A stretch of 61,651 nucleotides of DNA, counting the filler. It is 4 parts of 4 records of this genome, joined end to end, with 100 filler letters (N's around TTAATTAATTAA, not from the genome) between each part and the next. Parts side by side here need not be neighbours in the genome. Positions count along the whole stretch, not along the records: positions 32,217 to 45,355 come from SRR20825006_931; positions 45,456 to 61,651 come from SRR20825006_935; 2 more parts are not named here. One strand, given 5' to 3'. A model generated the notes under the pieces. The model had not been told where the DNA came from and did no database searches. It saw only the letters and a program-made list of their open reading frames with translations. The translations under genes and the position numbers were made by a program. This document shows, one piece after another, positions 36,677-47,797 of this stretch. Each line of letters opens with the position of its first letter. Position 1 is the first letter of the stretch.

Positions 36677-39418
36677 TTATCTTCTTCTACCTGGCGCTTT
36701 CCCTCCAAACTGATCAAATTTATAGCTAAAACTAGCCATAAAATATTGTGTTAGTACGGTACTTTGATAATCTTGAATATAATCGGCTCCAGTACTTCTG
36801 CTTACATTATTGTTTTGATTCAGCAAATCGTAAGCTAATACTTTAAAAGTTGCTTTCTTTTTAAAGAATTGATACCCTAAACTCATGTTCCAAAAAAGAG
36901 CATCTTTATCAAAATCGTCAGATACATTTCCGTTATAATTATAATTGATATCATTACCCCATACTACATTTCCAGGCCAATACGTTGTAGTTCTTAACGA
37001 AGCTGTATGCGATATAAACTCAATATCATCAAACCTATCAATATTGTATTTTGTGTTATTATAAGAAATATTATACCCTGGTTCAATCTCTACCAGCTCT
37101 AAATAATTAAAAGTGGTACTAATTCTTGGACTAACACTAAACCGTTTTGAAATTAATTCCTGTCCGTTATTAAAGCTTACGTCTTTATTATAATTAATAT
37201 TCGGATGGAAATTAAGTTTTACAGTATAAGTAGTATCTTTTTTTATTTGCTTAGAATATCCAAAGCCCAAATACGCATTATAGTTTCCGTTTACGTTTGT
37301 GAAGGTGGTAGTTCTTAAAAAATTTTCATCGGTAGTTGTTACACTTACTACTTTATCGTCTTGAATTTCTCCACCAGCATACAAAAACAAACCTGTACGT
37401 TCTCTCCAATTATAATTATTAAAATTTAACGACAAACGATGTGTTTTGGACACATCTAGATCTGGATTACCCTGTCTGATATTTAATGGGTTGTTGATAT
37501 TTATAACAGGTTGCAACTGCCCAACCGAAGGCACTTGAATATTAGTACGATAATTTATTCGAAAACGCATATTTTGATTAAATCTGTATGATGACGATGC
37601 ATTAAGCAACAAATTCTCATAACTTCTTTCAAAAGCTCCTTGATGTAAGTAATCATCATTATTTATATCGGTTAATGCATAATCTGCTCCAACTCTCCAA
37701 CGCCATTTCTCCCCATCTCTACGGATACCGAGAGAAGGCGTTTGTTGAGTGTTACTAAATTCGAAATCGGTACTTAATGCATCATTAAAATTATCGTAAC
37801 TCGATGTATTTTCATTAAAATCTAAAACATCATTCTCATTTCGCTGCTTCATATCTTCATAACCATATCCGAAATCCAAGAAGAATTTATTTCCAAGTGG
37901 CTGTCTGTACGAAACCCCTATTTCATATGTATCATTTCTATTATTAGTTGTGGTAAATTGGTTTACAGACTCAACACTTGCATCATCTCCAAAAATCTCT
38001 CTTGTAGACTGAAAATTTGATTCATTTTCGTTTTTAGAATTATTATTTGAAAAAGTAACTCTTACAAATTTACCAAGCGTATCGAGTTTCTTAATAATAT
38101 TTAAGCTATTAGAAAAATTCCTTTGTAAGCCATCATCTAAAGTTTGTACATCGTTACTGTTTGAAAGTTCTCCATCCACATTTGTTGAAGTTGTGTTACT
38201 TGTATCCATAGAGTTAGCTCTAGTAACATTCAAAGAAGGTTCTATAGAAACACGAAGCGTTTCATCAATATCAAACTCTAAATCTGCAGATCCGCTATTA
38301 GAATTTGTAGAACCATCAAATCGGGACACACTATTGGTAAAGAAGCTCCCCTCTGGCAATAAGTTCTCTCTAGATGTTTTTTGATCGTTATAAGAATCGC
38401 TATAAGCAAAGAAATAATTAGCACTCAACTCATAAGCATCCTTTTGAGCATTGGCATAACTTGCTCCAATGGTAGATGACGTTGTAATTCCTCTTCCGTA
38501 ATTATTTATGAGTCCGTTGCTATTGGCAATATCATACCCACCACGAGTATTCCCAACCATATCATATATTTCGTCAAAAGAAAAACCTGCATTATTGATA
38601 TTATTAGAACTGGCTATAAAACTAATCCGTTCTTTATCTTTAAAATAATTAAGCAAACCGTTTACTTGGTAGCGTTCATCTGTTCCGTAACCTAATGAAG
38701 CACGCCCCATATAGCCTTTATTCTTATCCTTTTTAATTGTTATGTTGATGGTTTTTGTTTCTCCATCCCCATCATCTCCAGTAAATTCTTGTGTTTTGGA
38801 CTTTGTATCGGAAATCTGGATTTTATCTATAATCTCTTTTGGCAAACTTTTGGTAGCAACCTTTGGATCATCACTAAAAAATACTTGTCCGTTTACCAAT
38901 ACCTTATTAACCTCTTTTCCATTCACGGTAATTTTACCATCGGTATCAACCTCAACCCCAGGAAGTTTTTTCAAAACGTCCTCCACATTAGCATCTGGAC
39001 GAGTTTTAAAAGAATTAGCATTAAATTCTAAGGTATCTTTAGAAATTTTAATAGGAACACGCTCTCCAACTACGCTAACCCCTTCTAATTGCTCTGCTTG
39101 TAAAGCAAGAGCAATTTCCCCTAAAGCAATGCTCTTCTTGCTAAGAGTAATTACTTTCTTAACAGGCGTATAGCCATTATAAGTTATAAATAAATTAAGT
39201 TTTTCTTGAGCAGAATTTAAGTCTAGTACAAAGTTTCCCGTTTGATCGGAAATTGTGTAAGACACCATGGTACTATCTTGAATACTTTCAGCATAAACAG
39301 TAGAAGCTTCGAGAGGCTCCTTTGTAGTTTCGTCAATTACTTTTCCTGTAACCTCATATTCTTGCGAAAATGAAATTGCACTCATTACTAAGAAAAATAG
39401 TAGGGATATTTTCTTCAT
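36677..39418 (-). CDS. Outer-membrane beta-barrel protein (TonB-dependent-receptor-like, carboxypeptidase-regulatory-like N-domain)
   Basis: Signal peptide; VTGKVID, DTLEFNANSF, EDVLKKLPGVEVD, YDLLNQN, YFMASFSYKF. Confidence 0.85.
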   Translation of the reverse strand: MKKISLLFFLVMSAISFSQEYEVTGKVIDETTKEPLEASTVYAESIQDSTMVSYTISDQTGNFVLDLNSAQEKLNLFITYNGYTPVKKVITLSKKSIALGEIALALQAEQLEGVSVVGERVPIKISKDTLEFNANSFKTRPDANVEDVLKKLPGVEVDTDGKITVNGKEVNKVLVNGQVFFSDDPKVATKSLPKEIIDKIQISDTKSKTQEFTGDDGDGETKTINITIKKDKNKGYMGRASLGYGTDERYQVNGLLNYFKDKERISFIASSNNINNAGFSFDEIYDMVGNTRGGYDIANSNGLINNYGRGITTSSTIGASYANAQKDAYELSANYFFAYSDSYNDQKTSRENLLPEGSFFTNSVSRFDGSTNSNSGSADLEFDIDETLRVSIEPSLNVTRANSMDTSNTTSTNVDGELSNSNDVQTLDDGLQRNFSNSLNIIKKLDTLGKFVRVTFSNNNSKNENESNFQSTREIFGDDASVESVNQFTTTNNRNDTYEIGVSYRQPLGNKFFLDFGYGYEDMKQRNENDVLDFNENTSSYDNFNDALSTDFEFSNTQQTPSLGIRRDGEKWRWRVGADYALTDINNDDYLHQGAFERSYENLLLNASSSYRFNQNMRFRINYRTNIQVPSVGQLQPVININNPLNIRQGNPDLDVSKTHRLSLNFNNYNWRERTGLFLYAGGEIQDDKVVSVTTTDENFLRTTTFTNVNGNYNAYLGFGYSKQIKKDTTYTVKLNFHPNINYNKDVSFNNGQELISKRFSVSPRISTTFNYLELVEIEPGYNISYNNTKYNIDRFDDIEFISHTASLRTTTYWPGNVVWGNDINYNYNGNVSDDFDKDALFWNMSLGYQFFKKKATFKVLAYDLLNQNNNVSRSTGADYIQDYQSTVLTQYFMASFSYKFDQFGGKAPGRRR

Positions 39419-39579
39419 TTGTTTTGGTATAGTTTCTTCGAAAATAGAATAAAACCACTACCAATAAACGTAATATTTACTTTTTAATATTTTTTTAACT
39501 CAATAATCGCTATTTGCTTTGAAATGTTTTTTTAGTTTTCCTTCAATGCACCTACTGTTTACTATGAGAAAGTTTATTT

Positions 39580-40884
39580 TTATTTTTTTCTGAAATACAC
39601 CTGTACTGGAACTCCTTTAAAATCAAAATTTTCTCTCAATTTATTCTCAATAAACCTACGATACGGATCTTTTACATATTGTGGTAAATTTGCAAAAAAA
39701 GCAAACTGAGGTGTTGGTGTTGGCAACTGAGTACAGAACTTTACCTTAACATATTTTCCTTTATGAGATGGTGGTGGGGTATGCTCTATAATAGGCAACA
39801 TTGTATCGTTTAATTTAGAAGTAGCAATGCGTTTTGTTTTATTATTATAAACCTCTACAGCCGTTTCAATTGCTTTAAAAATACGCTGTTTTGATAATGC
39901 AGAAATAAAAATAATAGGCACATCCGTAAAAGGTTCAATTTGTTTTCTAATATAAGCTTCAAATTGTTTTACGGTATTCGTTTCTTTTTCAACTAAATCC
40001 CATTTATTCACTAAAATTACAATCCCCTTACGGTTTCTTTCTGCCAACCAAAATATATTTAAATCTTGACCTTCAAAACCACGAGTAGCATCTAGCACAA
40101 GCATTACCACATCACTATGTTCTATAGCTCGTACCGAACGCATTACTGTATAAAATTCTAAATCCTCTTTTACTTTGGCTTTTCTTCGGATTCCTGCGGT
40201 ATCCATTAAGTTAAATTCAAAACCAAAACGATTGTATTTTGTATCTACACTATCTCTTGTAGTTCCTGCAATATCGGTAACAATGTAACGGTCTTCTCCT
40301 AAAAGAGCATTAATAAAAGATGATTTCCCCGCATTTGGACGTCCAACTACAGAAAATCTAGGAAGCTCTTCTTCAACAACACCAGAATCTTCTGGAAGTT
40401 TTTCTACAACAGCATCCAACAACTCTCCAGTTCCACTACCATTAATACTAGAAATAGTATAATACGCTCCTAAACCTAAAGCGTAAAATTCAACTGCATC
40501 TGCTTCTCTAAGGGCACTATCCACTTTATTAACCGCCAAAAATGTAGGCTTATTTGCTCTACGCAATAATTGCGCAACCTCATCATCCATACCTGTTACT
40601 CCAGCAGTAACATCTACTACAAAAATAATTACATCAGCTTCATCAATAGCTAACTCTACTTGTTTATCAATTTCTTTTTCAAAAATATCATCACTTCCTA
40701 CAACATACCCTCCTGTATCTATTAATGAAAACTCACGTCCATTCCAATCTGATTTCCCATAATGACGGTCACGCGTAACTCCACTAATTTCATCAACAAT
40801 AGCATCTCTTCTTTTAATCATTCGATTAAAAAGAGTTGATTTACCAACATTCGGTCTTCCTACAATGGCTACAATAGCACTCAT
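39580..40884 (-). CDS. der: Ribosome biogenesis GTPase Der (EngA)
   Basis: Two G domains ([18 protein letters not shown]), GVTRDR, DTAGIRR. Start moved to 40884. Confidence 0.97.
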   Translation of the reverse strand: MSAIVAIVGRPNVGKSTLFNRMIKRRDAIVDEISGVTRDRHYGKSDWNGREFSLIDTGGYVVGSDDIFEKEIDKQVELAIDEADVIIFVVDVTAGVTGMDDEVAQLLRRANKPTFLAVNKVDSALREADAVEFYALGLGAYYTISSINGSGTGELLDAVVEKLPEDSGVVEEELPRFSVVGRPNAGKSSFINALLGEDRYIVTDIAGTTRDSVDTKYNRFGFEFNLMDTAGIRRKAKVKEDLEFYTVMRSVRAIEHSDVVMLVLDATRGFEGQDLNIFWLAERNRKGIVILVNKWDLVEKETNTVKQFEAYIRKQIEPFTDVPIIFISALSKQRIFKAIETAVEVYNNKTKRIATSKLNDTMLPIIEHTPPPSHKGKYVKVKFCTQLPTPTPQFAFFANLPQYVKDPYRRFIENKLRENFDFKGVPVQVYFRKK

Positions 40885-41243
40885 ACTTAAAATTTTATGG
40901 CGCAAAGGTAATTCTATTTTTTCAGTTTTTAACAATTGCTTTTCAGGAAACCACTCTACACCATAAGGCACAGAAGTTTAAAGCTGATTAAAAGTTGTTT
41001 CCCGCAAATTTATAAATGTATCTTTTTCCGTATCCATAGGCTCTCAACGCCCGCTCAAAAGCAACAAATAATATATTCATTAAGCTGCAACTACTATTTA
41101 TAACACCTAAAAACACCCCTATAAAACCTTTGTTTTTCATTTTACTTACAAAGAATATTATATGTAAAATCTTACTAAAAAAAGAAAAGGCTGCCTACAT
41201 AAATAGACAACCTCTTCTACGGAATTAAAACTAACCTTCTATA

Positions 41244-42764
41244 TTATTTGTTCTCATAAATACTAATAGTACCACTAGCCTCATTTGTTACAATTAACAG
41301 TTCTTTTTCTGAAGGACTATCTTCTGCGCTTATTGCTAGAACTCCCTCTGGTGCATCGTCTCCTGCTTGACTAAGAAATTGTATAAATTCTGGCGCAGTT
41401 GGATTGCTTATATCGTAAACCATTACTTGGCTATTTCTTTCTAAACCTACAAACATAATTGTACGTTCCCCAATTTTTAATGCCTCTACCGTCTCTGGCT
41501 CTGCACCTTTATCATCACTCCTTCCATCTATTTCTCCTTCATCTGCATTAAAATGATCTGGAGTAAACTCAAGAACTTTTTTTGCTATATCACTTCCACT
41601 ATCATATACTAAAGCTCCATTTTCAGACCAAATAGTATACGAACGAGCTCCATAGGCATATAATTCATCATAATCACCATCGCCATCAGTGTCGCCCAAT
41701 GTAGTAGTAACTTTTAATCTCCCTAAATTCTCATCCTCTTGAAGCATGGCGGCATCAGGAAAAGCAATTGCATCTAACGTAAGGTCTTTTATTCTTTCTT
41801 CCTCAGAGAAAGCATCATAATCTCTAGCGTCTCCTTCATTGGCAGTAATTACATAAGACACCCCATCAATAGCCACATGTTTAATTGCATCTGGCATATA
41901 TACTCCTTTTACTGACCAATTTTTCAACTCCGTAACATCGTCTTTATTACTTGCATCCAAAGCATTTTCTGCTAAAGAATGATCTTTAAATCCTAATGGA
42001 TAAATAGCAGAGATTTGTTTAGCCTCTAAACTTACCTTCGCAATTCCATTGTTCTCTTGTAGTGTTACCCATGCAGTTTTGGAATCGTCTGAGATTGCTA
42101 CATATTCTGGCTCTATATCTTGTGCAAAACTAGCCCCAGGACCAAAAACTCTGAATCCATCAGATTTTAGCGCTGTTTCTTGGGACGCAAAACTATCGAA
42201 TGTTAAAGTAGAAACATTCCCAGAAGCTACTTCTATAATACTAATACTTCCTTTTGGATCGTTTAAATAATCTGCACTAGGCTCTCCCTCGTTGGCAGTA
42301 ACAATATATTTTCCATCAGGAGAAAATAAAACCATGTCTGGCAATGCACCAACGCTAAAAGTATTTTGTAGTGCTTGAGAGTCCGTATTATAAACTAAGA
42401 TATTTCCGTTTGCTTGTTTATTGCTAGCCTCTACTGCAATTGCCAACATATCTCCATATACCGACACACTATTTGGAGTTCCAAGAGCACTTACATCTAT
42501 AGCTTTTAATTGTTTAGGTGAAGAAATATTAGATAAATCAAACACCATTACTTCATTAGCATCTGGATTTACAGTAAACAACTTTTTGGAAATAGCATCA
42601 AATGCCGAAATCTCTGTAGTTCCTCCAGCATTAATAGTAGTAAGGTGTTGAAAATTTACTTCTTTAGCTTCTGGAACTTCTACAACAGAGCCATCGTCGT
42701 CTTTTTGACAAGCAGAAAGAGCTATTGCCAACATAGCAATAGCAGAGATTAATCTTAGTTTCAT
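41244..42764 (-). CDS. Choice-of-anchor I family beta-propeller lipoprotein (alkaline-phosphatase-associated)
   Basis: Lipobox LSAC; VGALPDM, TANEGEP, IEPEY, VTLQENN, YMPD, ANEGDARDY, GARS, GRSDDKGAEPE, GLER. Confidence 0.85.
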   Translation of the reverse strand: MKLRLISAIAMLAIALSACQKDDDGSVVEVPEAKEVNFQHLTTINAGGTTEISAFDAISKKLFTVNPDANEVMVFDLSNISSPKQLKAIDVSALGTPNSVSVYGDMLAIAVEASNKQANGNILVYNTDSQALQNTFSVGALPDMVLFSPDGKYIVTANEGEPSADYLNDPKGSISIIEVASGNVSTLTFDSFASQETALKSDGFRVFGPGASFAQDIEPEYVAISDDSKTAWVTLQENNGIAKVSLEAKQISAIYPLGFKDHSLAENALDASNKDDVTELKNWSVKGVYMPDAIKHVAIDGVSYVITANEGDARDYDAFSEEERIKDLTLDAIAFPDAAMLQEDENLGRLKVTTTLGDTDGDGDYDELYAYGARSYTIWSENGALVYDSGSDIAKKVLEFTPDHFNADEGEIDGRSDDKGAEPETVEALKIGERTIMFVGLERNSQVMVYDISNPTAPEFIQFLSQAGDDAPEGVLAISAEDSPSEKELLIVTNEASGTISIYENK

Positions 42765-42959
42765 TGGTTAGGTTTTTTATCAATCCCAAAGAAACTAAAG
42801 CAGTTTTAAGTTAGTGTTACTTGATTAGAAAGGTTTTGTTACTTCTTTTTCTGAAAGTAAAATTATTGTTATTAATTATATGAGGTAAATACTACTTAAC
42901 TCCTGTACAAACGATACTTTTATTTTTCTTGAATCTGCTCTAGCAGTACTAAGGAAATT

Positions 42960-43847
42960 CTATTTTTGGTTGTAGCCGAAGCGTTTTAACTGATTCTGAT
43001 TAGAGCGCCAGTTTTTATTAACTTTTACATAGATTTCTATATGCACTTGTTTTCCAAAAAATTTCTCTAAATCTTTTCGAGATTGAACCCCTACTCGTTT
43101 TAAAGCAGCTCCTTTATGCCCTATAATAATTCCCTTTTGCGTATCTCTTTCTACCATGATTACAGAACGAATTCGAATAATATCTTCATCTTCTATAAAC
43201 TCTTCTGTTTCTACTTCTACAGCATATGGAATTTCCTTTTTGTAGTTGATAAGGATTTTTTCACGTACCGTTTCATTAACAAAAAAACGTTCTGGTTTAT
43301 CGGTAATTTGGTCTTTAGGATAAAAAGGAGGTGATGCTGGTAACAATTCTAAAATACGATTAAAAACAGTATCTATATTAAAATTTGTTAATGCTGAAAT
43401 AGGATAAATTTCGGCATTTGGCACTTTCTCGCTCCACCATTGCACTTGGTCTTCTAATACTTCTTGAGAAGAAATATCTATTTTATTCAGCAATAATAAA
43501 ACTGGTAATTTTGAAGCAGTTATTTTATCAAAAAAGGCTTCATCCTTTAACTCTTTCTCCCCAATCTCTACCATATAGATAAGCACATCGGCATCTTCAA
43601 AAGCCGATTTTACAAAATCCATCATAGATTGCTGAAGCTCATATGCTGGTTTTATAATTCCTGGAGTATCAGAAAAAACTATTTGAAAATCATCTCCATT
43701 AACAATTCCAAAAATACGATGACGTGTAGTTTGCGCTTTAGAGGTTATTATAGAAAGTTTTTCACCTATAAAAGCATTCATTAATGTGGACTTTCCAACA
43801 TTTGGATTCCCAATAATATTTACAAAACCTGCCTTATGATTCTCCAT
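42960..43847 (-). CDS. era: GTPase Era
   Basis: GNPNVGKST, QTTRHRI, DTPG, NKID, KH domain IIIGHKG. Confidence 0.97.
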   Translation of the reverse strand: MENHKAGFVNIIGNPNVGKSTLMNAFIGEKLSIITSKAQTTRHRIFGIVNGDDFQIVFSDTPGIIKPAYELQQSMMDFVKSAFEDADVLIYMVEIGEKELKDEAFFDKITASKLPVLLLLNKIDISSQEVLEDQVQWWSEKVPNAEIYPISALTNFNIDTVFNRILELLPASPPFYPKDQITDKPERFFVNETVREKILINYKKEIPYAVEVETEEFIEDEDIIRIRSVIMVERDTQKGIIIGHKGAALKRVGVQSRKDLEKFFGKQVHIEIYVKVNKNWRSNQNQLKRFGYNQK

Positions 43848-45201
43848 CTTTTACCTTTTTAAAATATAACTTCAAGGAGTTATTAACCTTTGGCGCTAGA
43901 TAAACTACCGCTATCATATTAGGAATACACATTAATGCATATGCCAGATCTATAAGATTAATAACAACCCCCACCGAAGTAATTGCTGCAAAGGTAATGG
44001 TAGCTACGTAATAAATATTAAAAAACTTACCAATTTTAATGTTTGTAAGGAAAGTTAAGCATTTTGTACCATAATATGAATACGTAAATAAGGTAGACAT
44101 AGCAAAAGCTGCAACAATTAACATTAGCAAAATATGGCCATATCCAAACAATGACTTTTCAAAAGCCAACAATGTCATTGCAATTCCGTTATTATCTGCT
44201 TCTAAATAAGCACCACTTATAATAATAGTCAACGCTGTTAATGTACAGACAATAATAGTATCTATAAATGGACCCAACATAGCTACTAAACCCTCTTGTA
44301 CTGGTTCGTTTGTTTTAGATTCCCCATGGTACATTGGGGCACTTCCTAAACCAGATTCATTTGAAAATACAGCACGTCTCACCCCCAAAATCACTAAACC
44401 CCAAAAACCTCCTTTAATAGCGGTTTCGAAATTAAAAGCTTCTTGAAAAATTAATTTAATTGAAGGTATTATACCACCTAAATTGGTAAACATTATTACT
44501 AAAACTGCAATAAAATAAAGCGCCACCATAAAAGGAACAATTGCCGTAGCTACTTTAGCTATTTTTTTGAGTCCGCCAAAAATCACTAAAGAGGTTAATA
44601 CCGAAAGTGTTAATCCAATAATAAGTTTCCAATTAAAATCTCCTAATGCAGCAATTGTAACGTCTGGATTTACTACACTCATAAAAGTTTGCGTAAACTG
44701 ATTTACGGTAAAAACACCTAAAAAACCAATAAGTCCAGCTATGGAAAAGAAGATTGCTAAAGGTTTCCCTTTTTTCCCCATTCCCTTTGTCATATAATGC
44801 ATTGGACCAGATTCTATAGCCCCGCTACTATCTATTGTTCGATACATTACAGCCAAGCTACAAGAATAAAATTTTATAACCATTCCAATAATAGCTGTGA
44901 GCCACATCCAAAATACAACCCCTGGCCCGCCTTGATAGATTGCAATTGCAACTCCCGAAATATTTCCGAGTCCAACGGTTGCGGCAACAGCCGAAGATAA
45001 CGCCTGTAAATGACTAATTTCTCCAGGGTCGTTTGGATCGTCGTGCTTTCCTTTAACTACCTCAATAGCGTGCCGAAACATTAAATAAGGCTTAAATCTT
45101 GAGTAGATTAATAAAAAAAGGCCTCCTCCAATTACAAAAAAGAGCATTGCCCATTCCGCATAGGGAATAAGAGCGCTTATAGCTTCATTAATTTTATTCA
45201 T
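43834..45201 (-). CDS. Alanine/glycine:cation symporter (AGCS family)
   Basis: ATVGLGNISGVAIAI..GGPGVVFWMW, RRAVFSNESGLGS, PFIDTIIVCTLTA. Confidence 0.93.
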   Translation of the reverse strand: MNKINEAISALIPYAEWAMLFFVIGGGLFLLIYSRFKPYLMFRHAIEVVKGKHDDPNDPGEISHLQALSSAVAATVGLGNISGVAIAIYQGGPGVVFWMWLTAIIGMVIKFYSCSLAVMYRTIDSSGAIESGPMHYMTKGMGKKGKPLAIFFSIAGLIGFLGVFTVNQFTQTFMSVVNPDVTIAALGDFNWKLIIGLTLSVLTSLVIFGGLKKIAKVATAIVPFMVALYFIAVLVIMFTNLGGIIPSIKLIFQEAFNFETAIKGGFWGLVILGVRRAVFSNESGLGSAPMYHGESKTNEPVQEGLVAMLGPFIDTIIVCTLTALTIIISGAYLEADNNGIAMTLLAFEKSLFGYGHILLMLIVAAFAMSTLFTYSYYGTKCLTFLTNIKIGKFFNIYYVATITFAAITSVGVVINLIDLAYALMCIPNMIAVVYLAPKVNNSLKLYFKKVKDGES

Positions 45202-45284
45202 AAAAACTAAAGTAACTAAATCCTTGGATTCGAGAAAGAAAAATAGGGAAAAGAAACTTTTTTAAAATTTATTTCATTTTATGC

Positions 45285-45314
45285 TTGCACAAATGTAAAA
45301 ACGTTGTATATTTG
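45285..45314 (+). promoter_or_regulatory. Bacteroidetes housekeeping promoter of the tRNA
   Basis: TTG-N19-TATATTTG matches the Flavobacterium -33/-7 consensus. Confidence 0.8.
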
Positions 45315-45327
45315 CACTCGCAAACAT

Positions 45328-45355
45328 CGCGGGATAGAGCAGTAGGTAGCTCGTC
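45328..45355 (+). tRNA. 5' fragment of a tRNA, most likely initiator tRNA-Met (truncated by contig end; anticodon not visible)
   Basis: CGCGGGATAGAGCAGTAGGTAGCTCGTC matches the acceptor strand and D arm of tRNA-fMet, directly behind a consensus promoter. Confidence 0.85.
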
Positions 45356-45455
45356 NNNNNNNNNNNNNNNNNNNNNNNNNNNNNNNNNNNNNNNNNNNNT
45401 TAATTAATTAANNNNNNNNNNNNNNNNNNNNNNNNNNNNNNNNNNNNNNNNNNNN
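45356..45455. other. Artificial contig linker
   Basis: 44 N + TTAATTAATTAA + 44 N. Confidence 0.99.
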
Positions 45456-45498
45456 TTTTGCTCGCCCAAAAGAAACGAAACAAAAAAAAGGAGTCTTA

Positions 45499-45978
45499 TC
45501 AAATGAATTTTTTCAACATCCATACTGGGCAAGAATAATGACCCGTATTTCCCATTGGAGCTTCCAGATATTGAAATCCCGCTTTTTTATATAATTTTTG
45601 TGCGTCTGTCATATAAGGCATCGTTTCAATATAACATTGCTCATATCTAAACTCCTGAGCCTTGCTCAAACAAGTATGCATCATTTTCATTCCTAATCCT
45701 TTTCCACGTGTACTTCCCAAAAAATACATTTTTTGAAGTTCACAAACTGTTTCAGCCTCATTTGCTAAATGTGCAATTCCAGCACCTCCAACAACTTTCC
45801 CTTCAACCTCAATTACAAAATAACAAGCCCTTTCCTTATTATAAGTTTCATATAAATTCTCTAGCGCTTTATCTTCATAAGCCGTTCCTACTTTTGGAGC
45901 TCCCATCTCTACAATTACTTCTCTTACAATCTCAGCCATTCTTTCATTATCTTTTAGCTGAATTTCTCTTATATTCAT
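45499..45978 (-). CDS. GNAT acetyltransferase (YjgM-like)
   Basis: VVGGAGI, CELQKMYFL..TRGKGLG, LYKKAGF, GNTGH. Confidence 0.9.
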   Translation of the reverse strand: MNIREIQLKDNERMAEIVREVIVEMGAPKVGTAYEDKALENLYETYNKERACYFVIEVEGKVVGGAGIAHLANEAETVCELQKMYFLGSTRGKGLGMKMMHTCLSKAQEFRYEQCYIETMPYMTDAQKLYKKAGFQYLEAPMGNTGHYSCPVWMLKKFI

Positions 45979-46026
45979 GAAATATTACAATGTTTTAATA
46001 GTATTTTTGCCTTGATAAATTTCGGG

Positions 46027-47079
46027 ATGAATATACACGATTTCTACATAAAAAGATGCATCGAACTTGCTAAAAATGGATTAGGAACCACCTATCCAAA
46101 CCCCATGGTTGGCAGTGTTATTGTTGCTAACGGAAAAATAATTGGAGAAGGTTACACAAGTCCTGCTGGACAAAACCATGCAGAAGTAAATGCTATCCAA
46201 GCTGTTAAAGACACCACTTTGTTAAAAGAAGCAACTATATATGTTACGCTAGAACCATGTTCTCACTTTGGAAAAACGCCTCCATGTGCCGATTTAATTA
46301 TTGAAAATAAAATTCCAAATGTAGTTATTGGAACTCTAGACACCAATGAAAAAGTTTGTGGTCGTGGTGTAAAAAAGCTTCTAGAAGCAGGCTGTAATGT
46401 TACTATTGGTGTATTAGAAGACGAATGTAAAGAAATTAATAAGCGTTTTTTTACTTTCCATGAAAAGAAGCGTCCATATATAATTTTAAAATGGGCAGAA
46501 AGCAGCGATGGATTTGTAAGTCCGATACAAACTGATGAAAGAAAACCTGTATGGATTACAGAAGAAATTTCAAGGCAATTAGTACATAAGTGGCGAGCTG
46601 AAGAACATGCTATTTTAGCGGGAACAACCACAGTTATTAAAGACAATCCTAAATTAAATACTCGCCATTGGAAAGGCAATTCTCCTACACGCATCATTAT
46701 AGATAAAGAATTAAAAATTCAAAGAGAATCTAATGTTTGGGACGATTCTCAAAGCACCATTTTTATTATTGATAATACCACAGATACTCCCAAAAAAGGA
46801 TACAAAAACACCACTTTTGAGACGGTTAACTTTAAAAATAATTTAGCCGAGGAAATTACAGCTGTTCTTTATAAAAACAATATCCAAAGTATTATTATTG
46901 AAGGAGGAAGTAAAACCCTACAAACATTTATAAATTCTAATTTGTGGGATGAAGCACGTGTTTTTGAAGGCAATGCAATTTTTAAAGAAGGTACTAAAGC
47001 ACCCAAATTAACCCCATCTACCTTAATTACAAAGAAAACCCTTGGTTCTGATTCTTTAAAAATTTATAAAAACTATTAA
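46027..47079 (+). CDS. ribD: Bifunctional riboflavin biosynthesis deaminase/reductase
   Basis: PNPMVG, HAE, YVTLEPCSHFGKTPPC, LKWAES.DG, IEGG. Confidence 0.96.
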   Translation: MNIHDFYIKRCIELAKNGLGTTYPNPMVGSVIVANGKIIGEGYTSPAGQNHAEVNAIQAVKDTTLLKEATIYVTLEPCSHFGKTPPCADLIIENKIPNVVIGTLDTNEKVCGRGVKKLLEAGCNVTIGVLEDECKEINKRFFTFHEKKRPYIILKWAESSDGFVSPIQTDERKPVWITEEISRQLVHKWRAEEHAILAGTTTVIKDNPKLNTRHWKGNSPTRIIIDKELKIQRESNVWDDSQSTIFIIDNTTDTPKKGYKNTTFETVNFKNNLAEEITAVLYKNNIQSIIIEGGSKTLQTFINSNLWDEARVFEGNAIFKEGTKAPKLTPSTLITKKTLGSDSLKIYKNY

Positions 47080-47080
47080 A

Positions 47081-47728
47081 ATGCTAGAAACAAATGCACA
47101 GAAAAATACCATTAAGAATATTGTATTTGATTTTGGCGATATTTTTATAGACTTGGACAAATTGGCTTCCATGAGATTAATTCATAAAGAATTTCCTGAG
47201 TTTACTTTAAATCAGGATATAATTAATACTAATAATGAGTATGAAAAAGGCATAATCTCCACAACAAATTTTATAGAATCTTATAAAAAATCGCTTCCTA
47301 ATATTTCAGATGAAAGGTTAAAAGAAATATGGAATGCTATTATCTTAAAAATCCCTACACATAGATTAGCTTTTATTGAAGAACTATCGCAAAAAGGCAA
47401 TTATGAGCTATTTTTGCTTAGCAATACAAATGAGCTTCATATAGAGCAAGTAATAAAAAATAACGGTTTAAAAAGCTACCATCGTTTTAAAAATTGTTTT
47501 AATAAATTCTATCTTTCTCATGAAATCAAATTCAGAAAACCCAATAGAGATATTTTTGAATTTGTTTTAAACGATAATAATATCATTCCAGGAGAAACCC
47601 TTTTTATTGACGACACTTTAGAGCACATCAATACTGCTAAACAAATGGGATTTCATACTTGGAATTTAATTCCTGGAAAAGAAGATATAACAGAATTATT
47701 TAGCAAAGATTATCCGTTTAAGGATTAA
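47081..47728 (+). CDS. HAD-family phosphatase (YihX-like)
   Basis: IVFDFGD, LLSNTN, RKP, FIDD. Confidence 0.9.
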   Translation: MLETNAQKNTIKNIVFDFGDIFIDLDKLASMRLIHKEFPEFTLNQDIINTNNEYEKGIISTTNFIESYKKSLPNISDERLKEIWNAIILKIPTHRLAFIEELSQKGNYELFLLSNTNELHIEQVIKNNGLKSYHRFKNCFNKFYLSHEIKFRKPNRDIFEFVLNDNNIIPGETLFIDDTLEHINTAKQMGFHTWNLIPGKEDITELFSKDYPFKD

Positions 47729-47797
47729 TTATGTTAGTAACTCCTATCTTGAATTGTTAACATTTTATAAGTTTGCATCCTAAGAAATCAAATTACT

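Noticed and set aside
40885..41243. Short minus-strand ORFs upstream of der, possibly a gene remnant or leader peptide
   Set aside because: Only about 20-30 codons with no recognisable motif; cannot be supported without a homology search.
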